Positions 1 through 8,777 of a stretch of DNA of 32,000 nt are shown here, one piece after another (the first letter of the stretch is position 1; every line of letters starts with the position of its first letter). This DNA is from Hyperthermus butylicus DSM 5456 (GTDB lineage: Archaea > Thermoproteota > Thermoprotei_A > Sulfolobales > Pyrodictiaceae): assembly GCF_000015145.1 (NCBI RefSeq), contig NC_008818.1:1560001-1592000 (forward strand). The letters run 5' to 3'. Both the position numbers and the translations under genes were made by a program. The notes under the pieces were generated by a model that saw only the letters and a list, made by a program, of their open reading frames with translations, did no database searches and had not been told where the DNA came from.

Positions 1-391
1 CGAAGGCTCTACGCACGTGCTCCTCTGCTACACGAAGCCCCCTTGCCAGCCTAGCACGAACCTCCTCCACGTAGTCCCTCACTATGCTTGCTGGTATCCT
101 TATTTCATGCCTCGTTGGGGGCTTAATGGTTATCCATGCAGCTAGGGCCTCGAATGACTGTACTGTGACTCCATTGGAGAGGAGGAAACGGCGAGCCTCC
201 TCGTACACCGTTGGCGGCATGTATACCTCCACGCCATAGGCTATCCTTACCGACGCTATGAGCTCAGCAAACCTTCTCACAGCTTCGTCCAAGCTTCCAC
301 TCCCGAGGAGGCTTCTCAGCCTTGTATCGGTTAGCGCGCTCGTATCCAGCACATAGACCCTCAGCAGCCGCTGCAGCCTAGCCTCAGCCAT
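1..391 (-). CDS. HARP / RNA ligase partner protein, PIN-like domain (protein-only RNase P family), partial: C-terminal part runs off the window
   Basis: Own translation of the minus strand from ATG at 391: MAEARLQRLLRVYVLDTSALTDTRLRSLLGSGSLDEAVRRFAELIASVRIAYGVEVYMPPTVYEEARRFL...; open to position 1. The VLDTSALTD start and the nearby RNA ligase fit the RNA-ligase-partner/HARP family. Not in the supplied ORF track. Confidence 0.8.
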   Translation of the reverse strand, partial: MAEARLQRLLRVYVLDTSALTDTRLRSLLGSGSLDEAVRRFAELIASVRIAYGVEVYMPPTVYEEARRFLLSNGVTVQSFEALAAWITIKPPTRHEIRIPASIVRDYVEEVRARLARGLRVAEEHVRRAF

Positions 392-529
392 GGCTGTCAC
401 CTCTAGCCCGCATCCTCGCCTCCCTGCTGTATGCCTTGTAGCCTAGCCTACTCTAACTGTGTCTACGTCGCTACATGCGAAGGGTTTTATACTAATCAGC
501 TCTGGGGCCTACACTGCATAGGGGCTAGC

Positions 530-1156
530 TTGGCTGAGAAATGCCGGCTCCCCGTAGCGCTCATAGCTGTAACGAGCTTCTTATCAATCCTCATACTATT
601 CCTCCTCATAGCCAGTGACTTGGCCATCCTAGATCTCGTTGTAACCTATCTCGTCGCGGCAAGCCTAGCTAGCGGGATAGCCACATATCTTCTTGCTAGG
701 AGGCTCGCAGCCACAGTGTATAGGGCTGCCGAGCTGCTACGACAGAACCTGGAGCAGCAAGCCTGTGTTGAGCCGAGGGTCCTCACAAGCTACGCATTGC
801 TCCTCCACTCTGCAGCTGGCTTCGAGCAGGTAGGAGCTATGTGGCCCCTCGTAACTGCATCAGCCGGGATAGCCGGCATATACATTCTCGTCACATCATA
901 CTACCTTCTATGGAGAAGCATAGCTGCCTTCAGAGAGGCCTGCAACGCAGATAACATGGCAAGCTATCCGAGTGTCGCAGCTATCGCTGCCGCCCTGCTT
1001 GCAAGCCTCGGACTAGCTGGCGTGTTACTAGCACCACTCTATAGTAGGGCTTGCCGCCTACTCGATAGCTGCGGGGTACAGCATGACGGACAAATGCAAG
1101 ATGAAGCAAATACTAGTACTCCTAGCATTAATAGCATACCTTTACGGCCTAGCTAA
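530..1156 (+). CDS. Hypothetical multi-pass membrane protein; likely TTG start at 530 rather than 431
   Basis: ORF 431..1156 has about 4 hydrophobic segments. A TATA-like element (gggttttatacta, ~483-495) lies inside the annotated N-terminus, so translation likely begins at the in-frame TTG at 530 (LAEKCRLPVALIAV). Confidence 0.5.
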   Translation: MAEKCRLPVALIAVTSFLSILILFLLIASDLAILDLVVTYLVAASLASGIATYLLARRLAATVYRAAELLRQNLEQQACVEPRVLTSYALLLHSAAGFEQVGAMWPLVTASAGIAGIYILVTSYYLLWRSIAAFREACNADNMASYPSVAAIAAALLASLGLAGVLLAPLYSRACRLLDSCGVQHDGQMQDEANTSTPSINSIPLRPS

Positions 1157-1295
1157 CCCCCACCTATACATGTACGTCGTACGGGCTAGCCTCGCACTAC
1201 TCGCCATTACGGCCACCTACATCCTCCTCTCCTACATCTCAACCAGCTGCAGAGAGCCCAAGGCGCCGCCCAGGGGAAAGGCTGAGAGAAATTAA
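1083..1295 (+). CDS. Small hypothetical membrane protein (about 2 TM helices)
   Basis: ORF overlaps the end of the preceding membrane ORF; two hydrophobic stretches (ILVLLALIAYLYGLA, ASLALLAITATYILLSYI). Possible start at the internal ATG (MKQILVLL). Confidence 0.4.
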   Translation: MTDKCKMKQILVLLALIAYLYGLANPHLYMYVVRASLALLAITATYILLSYISTSCREPKAPPRGKAERN

Positions 1296-1310
1296 GGAGA
1301 CATCTGTGGG

Positions 1311-2489
1311 CTAGTCTACCGGCGACAGACCAGTATCTAGCACTTTGCGCAGTTGTATCCACGTATCCTTTATCTTCCTCATCCTGGCCCGGAGGCCCTC
1401 ATCCTCCCTAGACGTTGAAACCACAACTATATCAACACCAAGCTCGGCCATGTAGCTTGTAAACTCTTCTAGCTCAACCTCATCGGCGAATACCAGTTCG
1501 AACTCCTCATAGAGCATATCACCCATTGCAACCTTCCTTATAGACTCCAGCGCTGGCTCTGTGGCTGCTCTGCCAAACTCTAGAGCAAGCTTCTCGAGCT
1601 GGGCATCGCCAAACCCCTCCTCATAGGCTCTAAAGAGTTCTCTTAGCAGCCTCGAGAAGAGGAAGGAGCGACCCTCCTCCATGAAGAATCTCATCCCATA
1701 CCTTACATCGCCTATGTTTACCGCCGAGGTGGTGTATTTTAGCGGTGGCACCCTGTACTCGGGATCCTTAGCGACTACGCCCTCACGCCCCTCCCTATCG
1801 AGTTCTGCAACTATCTGCTTAAACATCTCAACATCATTCTTGTCTATTACTCCGAGGAGCCGAACATGCTTTAACCCGTACTTTTCCAGCAGCTCGTTAC
1901 GCTCAAGCGGCGGCAACGGCTTCAACTCATGAAATAGGTCGAAGACGAAGTAGTCGAAGCGTGGAGCCTCCGGGTAGAAGTACCTCGTGTAGGGGTTTTC
2001 GAGGCCTACAACCTCGCCGGCAATAGTGTAGGTTTCAGGGTCTATCTCGCGGAACAGCTCCCTAACCCTGCCACCGATTAGTCTCTCGAGCCTCGCCGTA
2101 GTGTAGGGGCATATGAAGCCGCCCCGCGTTACAGCTAGGAGCTTTCTGTGGAACATTACGAGCCTCACATTATACCCGTTCATCTTCTCCTCAACAACAA
2201 CTTTATCGATGAAGTGTCTTGGCAGGGCAATTGTTGGGAGAACCATTCTCTGAATCGGCGGATAGCCAGGCACCAGCCTAGCACCATTACGCTCAAGAAG
2301 CACTACCGTACCTTCTGGGTGGCCTGCAATCTCTCGCCGAAGCAGCGCGTATACGACATCCCTATAGCCCCTAAACCTGATGGTACCATGCCTCGCAAGC
2401 GTCTCAACCCTCTCCACGTCAAGCCCTAGCTTCTCAGCCACAAGATTAACCATCCACGGCTCTGGGTTCTTGATCCAAGTCAACTCCAA
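1311..2489 (-). CDS. Archaeal ATP-dependent RNA ligase, Rnl3/Pab1020 family
   Basis: 392 aa; nucleotidyltransferase motif EEKMNGYNVR (KxNG), downstream EGVVAKD motif IV-like, and YTIAGEVVG motif III-like. Confidence 0.9.
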   Translation of the reverse strand: MELTWIKNPEPWMVNLVAEKLGLDVERVETLARHGTIRFRGYRDVVYALLRREIAGHPEGTVVLLERNGARLVPGYPPIQRMVLPTIALPRHFIDKVVVEEKMNGYNVRLVMFHRKLLAVTRGGFICPYTTARLERLIGGRVRELFREIDPETYTIAGEVVGLENPYTRYFYPEAPRFDYFVFDLFHELKPLPPLERNELLEKYGLKHVRLLGVIDKNDVEMFKQIVAELDREGREGVVAKDPEYRVPPLKYTTSAVNIGDVRYGMRFFMEEGRSFLFSRLLRELFRAYEEGFGDAQLEKLALEFGRAATEPALESIRKVAMGDMLYEEFELVFADEVELEEFTSYMAELGVDIVVVSTSREDEGLRARMRKIKDTWIQLRKVLDTGLSPVD

Positions 2490-2629
2490 ATCACCTCTGG
2501 CGATCTAGAATTGTGTTTAAACCCACGGATGTCGGCGTTAACAACTGCGTGGAAGCCGAAGGATTGGGAGTCTACCATTACGGGTCGATAGCTCGCTGCT
2601 CTTGCTAAAAACAATGAGCGCTACTGGCA

Positions 2630-2929
2630 CTAAGTACCCGCTTGTGCCTCTTCTTTCTCTAGGACTACTGCTGTGCCGTAGCTGAGTAGGAGCACCCATT
2701 CACCTCCCACACCTGCTACACGCTGCACTTCAATGCGTGTGCCGAGTACAGCATTTGCGCCCTTTCGCTCGGCCTCGCTTCTAAGCCTTTCTATAATAGC
2801 CGATAGCTCTGCCTCTAGACCTGCTACTGTCAGGCTGACCGGCCTCGAAGCATAGACAAGTCCCTTGATCTCCTTAACCCGATAGCCCTTTGGCGGAGCG
2901 TCAACGGTTAATATTATGGCGCGCACCAT
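2630..2929 (-). CDS. YbjQ-like (UPF0145-type) heavy-metal-binding domain protein
   Basis: VKEIKGLVYASRP...ERKGANAVLGTRIEVQ pattern. Better start at ATG 2929 (MVRAIILTVDAPPKGYRV), preceded by gaggtgg; the ORF track extends to 3040. Confidence 0.6.
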   Translation of the reverse strand: MVRAIILTVDAPPKGYRVKEIKGLVYASRPVSLTVAGLEAELSAIIERLRSEAERKGANAVLGTRIEVQRVAGVGGEWVLLLSYGTAVVLEKEEAQAGT

Positions 2930-3040
2930 TCCCGCACCACCTCGGTTACCCTTTGCTGTAGACTGTAAACCCGTAGGTATTACTGTTAATGACATGCTAT
3001 AATTGTTTTCGGTTCGACCACACCGCTGCCACCAGGCCAC

Positions 3041-3394
3041 TTAGCCGTGGCGCACTCGATCTAACAGAGTACTCGGTATCGTCGCGGGCCTAGCCTGCCC
3101 AGCAGTGCCTCGTAATCTTTTTCTACGCATAACAGTTACTATCTCGACGATGAGCCCCCTTACGGCATATACTACTGCTACATCGTTATGTCCAAGTGCT
3201 AGATGTACGTCGCGCAAACGGTCGTAGACCAGCTGCACCGGCGCCTCCAGGGCTTCAACGACTTCCCTAGTACTTATGCCACGTTCTGCCATCCTCTTTC
3301 TAGCGTGGGCTGTGAATACCAGCCTATACAGCTTCGCAGATAGGCTATACCCGGTGCAGCTAGATGTCTGCCCCGAGGCGGCGTAGCTCTTCAA
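3041..3394 (-). CDS. DUF4258-like small protein (RelE/BrnT-like fold family)
   Basis: FTAHARKRMAERGISTREVVEALEAP...VVYAVRGLIVEIVTVMRR, typical of DUF4258 proteins. The N-terminus overlaps the AOR gene, so the true start may be internal. Confidence 0.6.
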   Translation of the reverse strand: MKSYAASGQTSSCTGYSLSAKLYRLVFTAHARKRMAERGISTREVVEALEAPVQLVYDRLRDVHLALGHNDVAVVYAVRGLIVEIVTVMRRKRLRGTAGQARPATIPSTLLDRVRHG

Positions 3395-5171
3395 GCTTCA
3401 CCCTTCCCTCGGCATCAAGGCCCCTAGCCCTATAGTATTCGGCGAGCATCTCCTCTACAAGCTGGCGCGGAGCCGGGGCTTTGCCATCGGCTGACTGTTC
3501 TAGGAGGCGGGCCGGTATCCTATCGTAGCTGGCCGCTCTGCCAAAGACATTGCGCTCAATGTAGTGGGCCAATAGTGTTATGAGCCTTGCCTTTTCCCTG
3601 ACTAGTTTAACATTGTAGTCTAGGCCTGTTACGACTGCCAGTGCTTGGGAGGCCTCTTCAAAGTGTACAACGTCCCTGGAGAACTTACACATCGTTATGC
3701 TGTCAAAGAGGCTCATTCTGTCCTCCCACTCGACTATAGCCATTATCTTCTCCTTGCTGAGACTCCTCGAATCGCCTGCTAGACCGCGTATATCGATAAT
3801 GTATGCCATGTGGCGTAGGTGGCAGGCTCCACGAGGCGAAGTAGCGTATGCTATGTACATCCCCCAGAGGCCCCTGGGATCATAGCCTGGCGGCTCTAGC
3901 CCCCTTACATGAACTGCTAGCTCTTCGAGGCCAAGCTTCTCTGCTATAGCCTTCACACCCTCAGCGAGTATTTTGCCCACACCGCGCCGGTACGCTATGT
4001 CCTCTACAAGCTTGGCAAGCACCTCTACATCAGGTTTTCCACTAGGTATGTCTAGGCCTAGTTTCTCTCTAGCTGCAAGGGCTAGACCGAGCACATTGCC
4101 CAAGCTTATCGTATCAATACCAAGCTTGTCAGCAAGGTCGTTTAGATAGGCTATCGCATTTGGTTCATCTAGCTCTAGGAGGGAGCCTAGAGCGTATGTT
4201 GTCTCGTACTCTAGCCCCTCAACCCTACCACTCCTACCGTTAAGCCTGTACCTGGCATCCCTACCACAGGCTATGGGGCACGAGATGCAAGCCAGCCTTC
4301 CCCTCACCACTTCGCTATTAATTTTCTCGGCTGTCAGACCCTCGAAGCGTGTTCGCGTCCAGTACCCTGTTGGGAGGAAACCCAATGCATTACCAATGTC
4401 AAGCATTGCCATGGTACCATATCTTCTGAGTACTATTCCCTTCTCAGAGAGCTTCTTGACAAGGCTCCTAGCTAGATCCTTAACCCCCTCCTCATCCGCC
4501 ACGGGAACACTCTTCTCCTCAGCTATGGCAATTACTGCCTTTAGCTTCTTCGAACCAAATACTGCTCCGAGGCCAGTCCTGCCAGCCTGGCCGCCTCTGC
4601 CTATACCGAGCCTAGGCGAGCCGTGAGTTACTACAGCGTAGCGTACGAGGTTCTCGCCCGCTGGACCGATAACTATTGCCCGCGCCGTAGAAACCCCATA
4701 CATCTTTACCAGCTCTTCTTCAGCATCGTAGGCGTCGAGGCCCCATAGCTGGCTTGCATCCTCCACCCTACAGCCCTCACGCTCTAGGACTATGTACGCT
4801 GGCTTCTCGGACGCACCCAGAATTACGAGGGCATCGTAGCCTGCCCACTTGAAGAAGGAGGGCCATGAACCTCCCATACTTGATTCGCCGTAGCCACCAG
4901 TAAGGGGACTCTTAAACACGAAATGTACACGGCTATTCATAGGTATAGCTGTCCCAGTGACTGGACCGACAGCAGCTACGACAACATTACCTGGAGATAG
5001 CGGATCTCCTGTACCTGGAGCATAGTCAAGAAAGAGCCTTGCCGCAAGGCCGCGGCCCCCAATATACGTCTCGAGGAGACGACTGTTCAGTTGCTCCACA
5101 TGGCAGGTTCCACGTGAAAGGTCTACCCGGGCTAGCCTCCCAGTCCAGCCATACAAGCTACGAGCCCTCAT
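3360..5171 (-). CDS. Tungsten-containing aldehyde:ferredoxin oxidoreductase family protein
   Basis: 603 aa; LYGWTGRLARVDLSRG N-terminus, GGRGLAARLF, CISCPIACG Fe-S motif, and ARGLEPPGYDPRG-like segment (VRGLEPPGYDPRGLWGMYIAYATSPRGACHLR). Confidence 0.95.
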   Translation of the reverse strand: MRARSLYGWTGRLARVDLSRGTCHVEQLNSRLLETYIGGRGLAARLFLDYAPGTGDPLSPGNVVVAAVGPVTGTAIPMNSRVHFVFKSPLTGGYGESSMGGSWPSFFKWAGYDALVILGASEKPAYIVLEREGCRVEDASQLWGLDAYDAEEELVKMYGVSTARAIVIGPAGENLVRYAVVTHGSPRLGIGRGGQAGRTGLGAVFGSKKLKAVIAIAEEKSVPVADEEGVKDLARSLVKKLSEKGIVLRRYGTMAMLDIGNALGFLPTGYWTRTRFEGLTAEKINSEVVRGRLACISCPIACGRDARYRLNGRSGRVEGLEYETTYALGSLLELDEPNAIAYLNDLADKLGIDTISLGNVLGLALAAREKLGLDIPSGKPDVEVLAKLVEDIAYRRGVGKILAEGVKAIAEKLGLEELAVHVRGLEPPGYDPRGLWGMYIAYATSPRGACHLRHMAYIIDIRGLAGDSRSLSKEKIMAIVEWEDRMSLFDSITMCKFSRDVVHFEEASQALAVVTGLDYNVKLVREKARLITLLAHYIERNVFGRAASYDRIPARLLEQSADGKAPAPRQLVEEMLAEYYRARGLDAEGRVKLEELRRLGADI

Positions 5172-5206
5172 CCCGCTACCCCTCCATTTATAGCGTCCTA
5201 TAGCAC

Positions 5207-5686
5207 CTAGGGTGTCGGAAGTAGTGTTTCTAGCATTGTAACCAGCCTTACCGCAATGCTTAACGAGCTGTAGGCAAATATCAACAGCGATGCTACGGTT
5301 ATAGCTGTGTTTGCGACCGTGCTGCTCGACCTTAGCCTGGCTAAACGCAGCCTTCTAGAGGTGAGCGGGTACATGAAGGCTACACCCCTAACCGTGAACA
5401 TGTCTAGTAGGATGTGGCCCAGGTAGCCCGCAGCTAGCCCGACAATCACTGGCTCAGTATGCCCAAACGGGCTAAGAATAGTATATGCCGTTAGGGCGAG
5501 CACTAGGAAGACATTAACATTATGCAGTGCCATCCTGTGGCGGAAGTACAAATCCAAATCTGGGAGTACGGAGGAGACTATGGCCGCCACGATAGCCACC
5601 ACATACTCGTAGACAGTGTAGCTGAGCAAGACTGCAGCTGTCGAGGCAAGAGCAAGGCTAAACGCTACATGGGTCTGCTTCTGCAC
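5207..5686 (-). CDS. Membrane-bound metal-dependent hydrolase-like protein (YdjM/DUF457 family)
   Basis: QKQTHVAFSLAL...SSVLPDLDLYFRHRMALHNVNVF...GHILLDMFTVRGV; His/Asp motifs in a multi-TM protein. A GTG start at 5686 (VQKQTHVAF) is more plausible than the track start at 5782. Confidence 0.75.
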   Translation of the reverse strand: MQKQTHVAFSLALASTAAVLLSYTVYEYVVAIVAAIVSSVLPDLDLYFRHRMALHNVNVFLVLALTAYTILSPFGHTEPVIVGLAAGYLGHILLDMFTVRGVAFMYPLTSRRLRLARLRSSSTVANTAITVASLLIFAYSSLSIAVRLVTMLETLLPTP

Positions 5687-5728
5687 ACCCGCTAAACCCC
5701 GCAGAAAAACTAATGTTAACCCCCTTAA

Positions 5729-6583
5729 ATGCTCGCCAACTTCGCTAGAACCCTGGTGCTGTGCTTGGCTCTCGCACCCCAACAGCTGGAAGAGGCTAGG
5801 TCTGCAACACGTCTAGAAGTTAGAGAGGAGGAGCCTACAGGCTATGTCCTGGTAACCGGGTCTAGCAGGGGCATAGGAAGGGCTATAGCTCTACGCTTCG
5901 CCTCCGAGGGCTATGCAGTCGCTATAACCTACAAGTCTGACCAACAGAAAGCACTAGAGACTGCTGAGAGGGCACGTCGACTAGGTGCAGCTGACGTCGT
6001 AGTACTAAAGATGGATGTCACTAGCCCGGAAAGCGTCCAGGAGGCATATCGTGTACTCGAGTCCAGGTGGCCACACCTAAACGTGCTCATAAACAATGCT
6101 GGTATACTACACGTTGGAGGCATTGAGGAGACAAGCCTGGAGGACTGGGAGAGAGTTATCAAGGTAAACCTCACCGGTGTGTTCATAGTAACCAAGACCT
6201 TCCTACCAATGTTGCGCCGAGCTCCATGGGCAAGCATAGTGAACCTCGCAAGCATAGCAGGGCAGACCGGCAACATAGTAGCCTCAGCGGCATATGCTGC
6301 TTCAAAGGCTGGTGTTATAGGGCTCACGCGGAGGCTGGCAGTGGAACTAGCACCCTACGGCATAAGAGTGAACGCTGTCGCGCCAAGCTTTGTTGAAACC
6401 GACATGGTGCGCAGCTTCATAGATACGCCCGAGAAGCGCAAAAGGATTGAGGAGCTACATCCACTCCGCATGATAATACAACCGGAGGATGTAGCTGAGG
6501 CTGTTTACTTCCTTGCAACGCCGGCATCGCGAGCAATAACAGGCCAGGTTCTCGGGGTAAACGCTGGCAGGCTAACATGCTAG
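5729..6583 (+). CDS. Short-chain dehydrogenase/reductase (SDR, FabG-like)
   Basis: VLVTGSSRGIGRAIA Rossmann motif, NNAG, and the SDR Tyr-Lys motif (AAYAASKAGVIGL). The true start is uncertain and probably closer to LEVREEEPTGYVLVTG. Confidence 0.92.
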   Translation: MLANFARTLVLCLALAPQQLEEARSATRLEVREEEPTGYVLVTGSSRGIGRAIALRFASEGYAVAITYKSDQQKALETAERARRLGAADVVVLKMDVTSPESVQEAYRVLESRWPHLNVLINNAGILHVGGIEETSLEDWERVIKVNLTGVFIVTKTFLPMLRRAPWASIVNLASIAGQTGNIVASAAYAASKAGVIGLTRRLAVELAPYGIRVNAVAPSFVETDMVRSFIDTPEKRKRIEELHPLRMIIQPEDVAEAVYFLATPASRAITGQVLGVNAGRLTC

Positions 6584-6623
6584 AGGATGAGAGTACCCGG
6601 GAGAGGAAAAGGGAAGATCGATG

Positions 6624-7714
6624 TTAGGCTTTTTCACCGCTAGCCCTCAAAGGCCTACTGTTTCTTCTCTGCTTCTCAGCACATCTACCAAGGCTTCCAG
6701 CCAGCTGTAGGAGTATACCTAGCCCCTTGGCGACATAGGGGTCCTTGAGAACTCTTAGGAGGCTTGGCACACCCTTAACCGGCTCGGCCTTCCCGATATC
6801 TTCTGGCGAGATCGCATTTACGAGGCAAACCGTCAGCATCTCAACTGCTGGCTTGGCCTTTCACGGATCAACATTCTTCAAGCCCGTGAGGGCTTGTCTC
6901 AAGGAACCTCATATTCCTAGTCCATACGAACTCGCTATCCTTCAGAGGCCCCGGCGGTTCTACTGGTGATGTAACTATTAGCAGGTCATACTTCATCGTT
7001 TCACTATCCCTGAAGTATATTGGTCTTCGTATTAGGGTCAACCCTCTCTAGCTGCTTGCCCAGGTGGTACTCAATATCGCCCATCTCCTCGTGGATTCTG
7101 TACCAAGTTCTTGCAACGCCAAAGAGGCTGTCCATCGCAACCTCCATTGGAAGGCCATGTACCAGCTTAACTCTAGCCTTTACACCACACCCCCTAGCAT
7201 GGAATACTACGCGGCTAGGGATCTCAAATTGGTATCCTGGACAGTGATTTGGAAACTCTGGGGCTAGCACTACTATGTCGCCGCCCTTAAACTCTGCAAG
7301 CGCCTTTCTAAGTCCGAGTGCGCCCTCAAGCGTAAAATTGTGGCAACCTGCCTCACGTAACCCCGGATAGCGATCCCATGCATAGCCTGTACCGAGCATA
7401 TGAAGAGGTAGTCATAGTAAATATCTTGGCATAAGCTGTCTCAACAATCCTATTGGCCGGGTCAACTTTTGCAACCTTGTCGAGCACGAGTTTAGCTCTA
7501 TACAGTTCAGCAATGTTTCTGACCGGCGCCCTAACGTCATCGGGCTCCGCTTCTCCGAACGATACATCTGGAAAGAAATGCAAGGAAAGGGAAGTAGTGA
7601 TACTCGCTGCTTGTTATGAGCATGTTTTTCAACATCCAGCCAGAACGCTGGGGCCTACACACTTATCCTCCGCAATGCAACAAGCGAACATGGGCCTCCA
7701 CCAAGGTAAACCAT
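6624..7714 (-). pseudogene. Degraded sulfide:quinone oxidoreductase-like / FAD-dependent NADH dehydrogenase-family pseudogene
   Basis: Homologous-looking fragments in changing frames read consecutively: MVYLGGGPCSLVALRRISV* (from 7714), SSEYHYFPF, HFFPDVSFGEAEPDDVRAPVRNIAE... (7583-7353), GTGYAWDRYPGLREAGCHNFTLEGALGLRKALAEFKGGDIVV... (7399-7004), MKYDLLIVTSPVEPPGPLKDSEFVW... (from 6996), and ORF 6839-6624 (KGVPSLLRVLKDPYVAKG). Confidence 0.75.
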
Positions 7715-7988
7715 CTTCTTGGCTAACTAAGCTACCTCGTTTGAACCTAGGCTGCCGGTTCTCGCGCCGCTCCACAAATTATTGTGTTTAATTCATTGGC
7801 GATATTTCTATGCGTCTTCAGCATAATGGGCTAAACTATATAAGGTTATGTAGCTGGGTCCAAAGCCTCACTCCTAGAAGCCGAGATAATGGCCAAGAAA
7901 ATCCGATGGAAGAGGGAAACAATCGGCAAACCCCGCCTTACATCATAGCTCTAAGAGGGTTCAGCCCCCGTAGGCTCTTTATGCCTCC

Positions 7989-8771
7989 TCATCCGCCCTC
8001 GGTTTTGGCTTGTTCCCCGCTCTTATCCTCTGCTTTGCCAGCTTCGGTTTCTGTCTGCTTCTTCTCGCCTTCCCCAGCTATTCTTATGTGCTCCGAGAAT
8101 TCTAGCTCGCTTACCGCGTTTGCAAGGTACTTCCTAATCTCGCCCACTACAAGTCTCTTTGCAGCCTGCATATCGGCTATCTGGAGTATCTTCTCGTTAA
8201 ACATTATCTTTGCATACTTCTTTTTGGCGTCATAGTCCACCTTTACGTCCTCCTCGCCTATTATTGGTGGCAGCCTCCGGAGTACTAAGTGGAGCAGCTT
8301 CTCGCCCACATCCTCAATCAGCTTAATCAGCTTGACCCGTGCTAGTATGGTCTTGCCCGCGAGGGGGTGGTTGAAGTCTACGACTACTCTGCCGCCGGTA
8401 ACGCTCCTTATGACTGCTAGCATGCCGTTTATCTCGACTATCTTGCCTGGCTCGGGGACTACGCCACTGCGTATGAAAACGTTGCGAGGCATTATCTTTA
8501 TGTTTTCTGGCTTTCTCTCGCCAAACGCCTCACTGGGCGGTATCTCGACCTCCTTCTCCTCGCCGGGAGATAGCTCCTTTATCGTCTTCTCCAGGCCCGG
8601 TATGAGTCTACCCTCACCTATGATTACTAGGCGTGGACCATACCTCTCCTTTGGATCGTAGACACCTGCTTTCCTAGCCTCCTCTTCGCTCGTCGTGTCT
8701 ATTACCTCACCTGTCTCCTTTACGCGGAGCGTGTATTCTACAAGTACGAATGCGCCATCGGGTAGCGCCAC
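7989..8771 (-). CDS. FKBP-type peptidyl-prolyl cis-trans isomerase (archaeal long SlyD-like form)
   Basis: FVLVEYTLRVKETGEVIDTT...GPRLVIIGEGRLIPGLEKTIKELSPGEEKEVEIPPSEAFGERKPENI...VDFNHPLAGKTI; GTG start at 8771. Confidence 0.93.
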   Translation of the reverse strand: MALPDGAFVLVEYTLRVKETGEVIDTTSEEEARKAGVYDPKERYGPRLVIIGEGRLIPGLEKTIKELSPGEEKEVEIPPSEAFGERKPENIKIMPRNVFIRSGVVPEPGKIVEINGMLAVIRSVTGGRVVVDFNHPLAGKTILARVKLIKLIEDVGEKLLHLVLRRLPPIIGEEDVKVDYDAKKKYAKIMFNEKILQIADMQAAKRLVVGEIRKYLANAVSELEFSEHIRIAGEGEKKQTETEAGKAEDKSGEQAKTEGG

Positions 8772-8777
8772 TGCCTG

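Noticed and set aside
4273-4626. 117-aa + strand ORF opposite the AOR gene
   Set aside because: Entirely antisense to a strongly supported gene and lacks protein-family features.
5207-6583. Head-to-head DUF457/SDR pair as a toxin-antitoxin or defence module
   Set aside because: Both proteins look like ordinary metabolic/membrane families, and the apparent overlap is an artefact of over-extended starts.
6879-6896. Perfect 7-bp stem/4-nt loop hairpin caagcccGTGAgggcttg
   Set aside because: Lies inside the decayed oxidoreductase coding remnant (encoding SPHGLEE) with no poly-T tract; likely chance rather than a terminator or riboswitch.
7810-8235. 141-aa + strand ORF
   Set aside because: Most of it is antisense to the well-supported FKBP gene, with low-complexity Pro/Ser/Phe-rich composition typical of antisense frames.
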